Below, one piece after another: positions 61,163-64,000 of a stretch of 64,000 bases of DNA. The translations under genes and the position numbers were made by a program. The notes under the pieces were generated by a model. It made no database searches and was not told where the DNA came from. It saw only the letters and a program-made list of their open reading frames with translations. Within the stretch, counting starts at the first letter, position 1. Every line of letters starts with the position of its first letter. Source of the stretch: Macrostomum hystrix (lineage: Eukaryota; Animalia; Platyhelminthes); assembly GCA_950097015.1 (NCBI GenBank), contig CATNEN010000001.1, positions 4,774,001 through 4,838,000 of the forward strand, read 5' to 3'.

Positions 61163-61665
61163 AAATCCTATCTACTTACTGTCTTTACTTCCCACTGACA
61201 GTACTCGGAATTTGTCTATGCTGTTTGAACAAATAATTTTTTGCTAACAATTTAGCTAAACAGTGCCAGGCTGTGACTTTACTTTATTATCTATTTTTTT
61301 AACTTTATTTATTTATTTATTTATTTATTATAACTACTTAATAGCAACTAATTATCGAGAAAGAGTTTGAGTTCACAATCCGAATGTTTACTAGCTCGTC
61401 CTGCAGGAAAATTAAATTTAAAAGCTTACGTTGCTTCATTTATTAATTCAGTGCCTGAATCCGGACATTGTGCTTTATGTCTTCCTAATCGTCCAAGCAT
61501 TATAAAACCAGTTAATTAATAATGTTCCTACGCATTATGTCTAGTTAAAAAAAGACATAAGTAATTGAAAACATTTCTTTAACTTTATGCTGCTATGCCT
61601 GTTTGCGTTTAAAAGACTTTGAACGATACTTTTTTCAATTCGTTATTTACGATTCAGATGTTAAT

Positions 61666-61790
61666 TTTACTACTAACGTTACTTTTACTACTAACGTTAC
61701 TTTTACTACTAACGTTACTTTTACTACTAACGTTACTTTTACTACTAACGTTACTTTTACTACTAACTTTACTTTTACAATTAACGTTAC
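61666..61790. repeat. 18-bp minisatellite (TTACTTTTACTACTAACG)n
   Basis: About six tandem copies. Confidence 0.9.
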
Positions 61791-62767
61791 TTACAATACT
61801 ACGGTTACTTACAAGAAAAAGTCACTTATAATACTAATGTTTCTTATACTGCTAACGTTACTTAAACTTCTAACGTTACTTTCACTTAAGATAAGTAACG
61901 TCGTTAAAAGAGCATCGTTAAAAGTGTTTTACTACTTGTGCTATTACTGTCGCCTGATTTTGAAAAAAAAATACGTTTGGTTACAAAGAGTTGATGATCG
62001 ATATAGGTTATGGAGGCCATCAAAATATAGCAACTTCATAATAATATTCGCAAGAATTCTTTTGAACATTGCGTAGGGGTATAATTAGTAACTTTTTTTC
62101 CAAGATTAGCAAAAGCTTGCCGGCTTTGAAAAAAATGGCTTTATCACTCCAAGCGACGCAGTTTATCGATAACTGGAGGTCTTTGTTCCGAATTTCAACC
62201 CAATCTTTTCAAAGTGAGTGCAGGCGAAAAACGTTAGTGCGCAGAATGCTTGACCATATGGTAGAAAGAAAAAAGTATATAATCCTCAATTTCTGATATT
62301 TATAGATGCATAACGACGGTAAGAATTTTATGTATCCCCAAAAAAATCCCACCTGCTTTCAAGTGTGTTGTGTAAAAGTTTAATCCCCCATCTCAGACTC
62401 ATTCGTTCCCAACATAGTATTTCAAATTTCTTTGCAAAGCAAAATAAAGGCAAAATTGTGTACATTTTCTGTCCCAGATTTGGGATAAATTCCTCACACA
62501 TGTTCTCATTCTTCTGTAGTGATTTTTCTTTAATCTTCTCTCCTTTTTAAACCAACAAGCATACGTAGCTAACTAGGCTATCCTAATTAAGTTACTCACT
62601 TGCAGAATAAATAAAGTTTTTCCACCAGAAGAAAGATCTTGTTAACAATCTAAAATGTACAGCTTCAAAGCCACCTGGCGAAAAACAGCGACCGCAAACT
62701 TTTCGTAAAACAAAGTGTCGAATTTTCGTTTTTGAATAAAATACTTACCAGTTAGACGAAGACTGGT

Positions 62768-63114
62768 CTGTTAGACAGGGATTTACCTGTTAGACAGGGA
62801 TTTACCTGTTAGACAGAGATTTACCTGTTAGACAGGGATTTACCTGTTAGACAGGGATTTACCTGTTAGACAGGGTTTACCTGTTAGACAGGGATTTACC
62901 TGTTAGACAGGTATTTACCTGTTAGACAGAGATTTACCTGTTATGCAGATATTTACCTGTTAGACAGGGATTTACCTGTTAGACAGGGATTTTCCTGTTA
63001 GACAGGGATTTACCTGTTAGACAGATATTTACCTGTTAGACAGTACAGATTTACTTGCTAGACAGAAATTTACCTGTTAGACAGTGATTTACCTGCTAGA
63101 CAGAGATTTACCTG
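62768..63114. repeat. 19-bp minisatellite (CTGTTAGACAGGGATTTAC)n
   Basis: About eighteen tandem copies. Confidence 0.95.
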
Positions 63115-63674
63115 TGACTTTGCACCTAATATTTTGTATCACTTTTATAAAAAGGCTACATTTATACAACCTGTTAAGTATTCTATTGTTACAGGTCTTT
63201 ACAGAATACACTAGATTATAATATGTCTGAGCATGCGAAGCCACATAGGCCAGGTGTAAAATTGCATATATCAATCTGCTCGTATGCACAGTTTAACCAA
63301 GCTGTTGGCAGACACCCTTTTAAAAGCGCTGTTTTGCGGTTAGCAACTATTTTTGGCCATTGTTTGAAAAAGCAATAAAATAAAAACTACCATAAGACAG
63401 CTCATATTGTTTGATGGCATTGTTGTGTGCTTGAGTTGCGGTTTGAGTCAAAGTCACACACACACACACATACTGTGAAACACCGGCTGTTTCACACTTC
63501 AACGGACAATATTTTGTTATAAATATACCTGTCTGTCACTAGGCGCGTTGGTTAACACATTATTATGCTTCAATATACCCCTAGTTGTAATTTTTTGGCT
63601 AACTAAATTAATCTGTAAGATACGATGGAAACGTTAGACATTGGGAGAATACGAGCAAACGTTTACTAAACTGC

Positions 63675-64000
63675 AGGGGAGATGGCACTGACAGATTTGG
63701 AGAAGGGGGGAGATGGCACTGACAGATTTTGGAGAAGGGGGGAGATGGCACTGATAGATTTGGAGAAGGGGGGAGATGGCAATGACAGATTTTGGAGAAG
63801 GGGGGAGATGGCACTGACAGATTTTGGAGAAGGGGGGAGATGGCACTGATAGACTTGAGAGAAGGGGGAGATGGCACTGATAGATTTGGAGAAGGGGGGA
63901 GATGGTACTGATAGATTTGGAGAAGGGGGAGATGGCACTGATAGACTTGAGAGAAGGGGGAGATGGCACTGATAGATTTGGAGAAGGGGGGAGATGGTAC
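63675..64000. repeat. 32-35-bp purine-rich minisatellite running off the window end
   Basis: GGGGGAGATGGCACTGATAGATTTGGAGAA repeated. Confidence 0.95.

Noticed and set aside
58382-61236. 938-aa and 946-aa ORFs
   Set aside because: They are translations of the stop-free 16-bp minisatellite and are open in more than one frame.

Overview
Eukaryotic (invertebrate animal) genomic DNA with spliceosomal GT-AG introns, GC-rich exons and very dense minisatellites. The style resembles a free-living flatworm such as Macrostomum, but that is inference only. All seven host genes I can reconstruct lie on the + strand: a Dpy-30/ankyrin protein (588-2131), three tandem paralogues encoding secreted PAN-like + ALK/LTK-type glycine-rich proteins (3851-5314, 10870-12333, 16086-18290), TYW1 (21140-33473), a class I PI3K p110 catalytic subunit (34498-43263) and LRRC49 (46314-51454). 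Mobile elements include an RTE-like LINE relic, a decayed THAP/P-element, a 5'-truncated RNase H LINE with a 13-bp TSD, gag-like and Crypton-like relics, a 7.1-kb CMC/EnSpm element (with a nested LINE and foldback element) inside TYW1 intron 4, and two CORE-like tRNA-SINEs. The most striking pattern is that most introns are each filled by their own private minisatellite. In 53.8-64 kb the arrays are bracketed by minus-strand splice signals, and several repeat units are themselves splice sites: two are complete GT...AG mini-intron units (19 and 23 nt) and one repeats the consensus donor GTGAGT about 150+ times.
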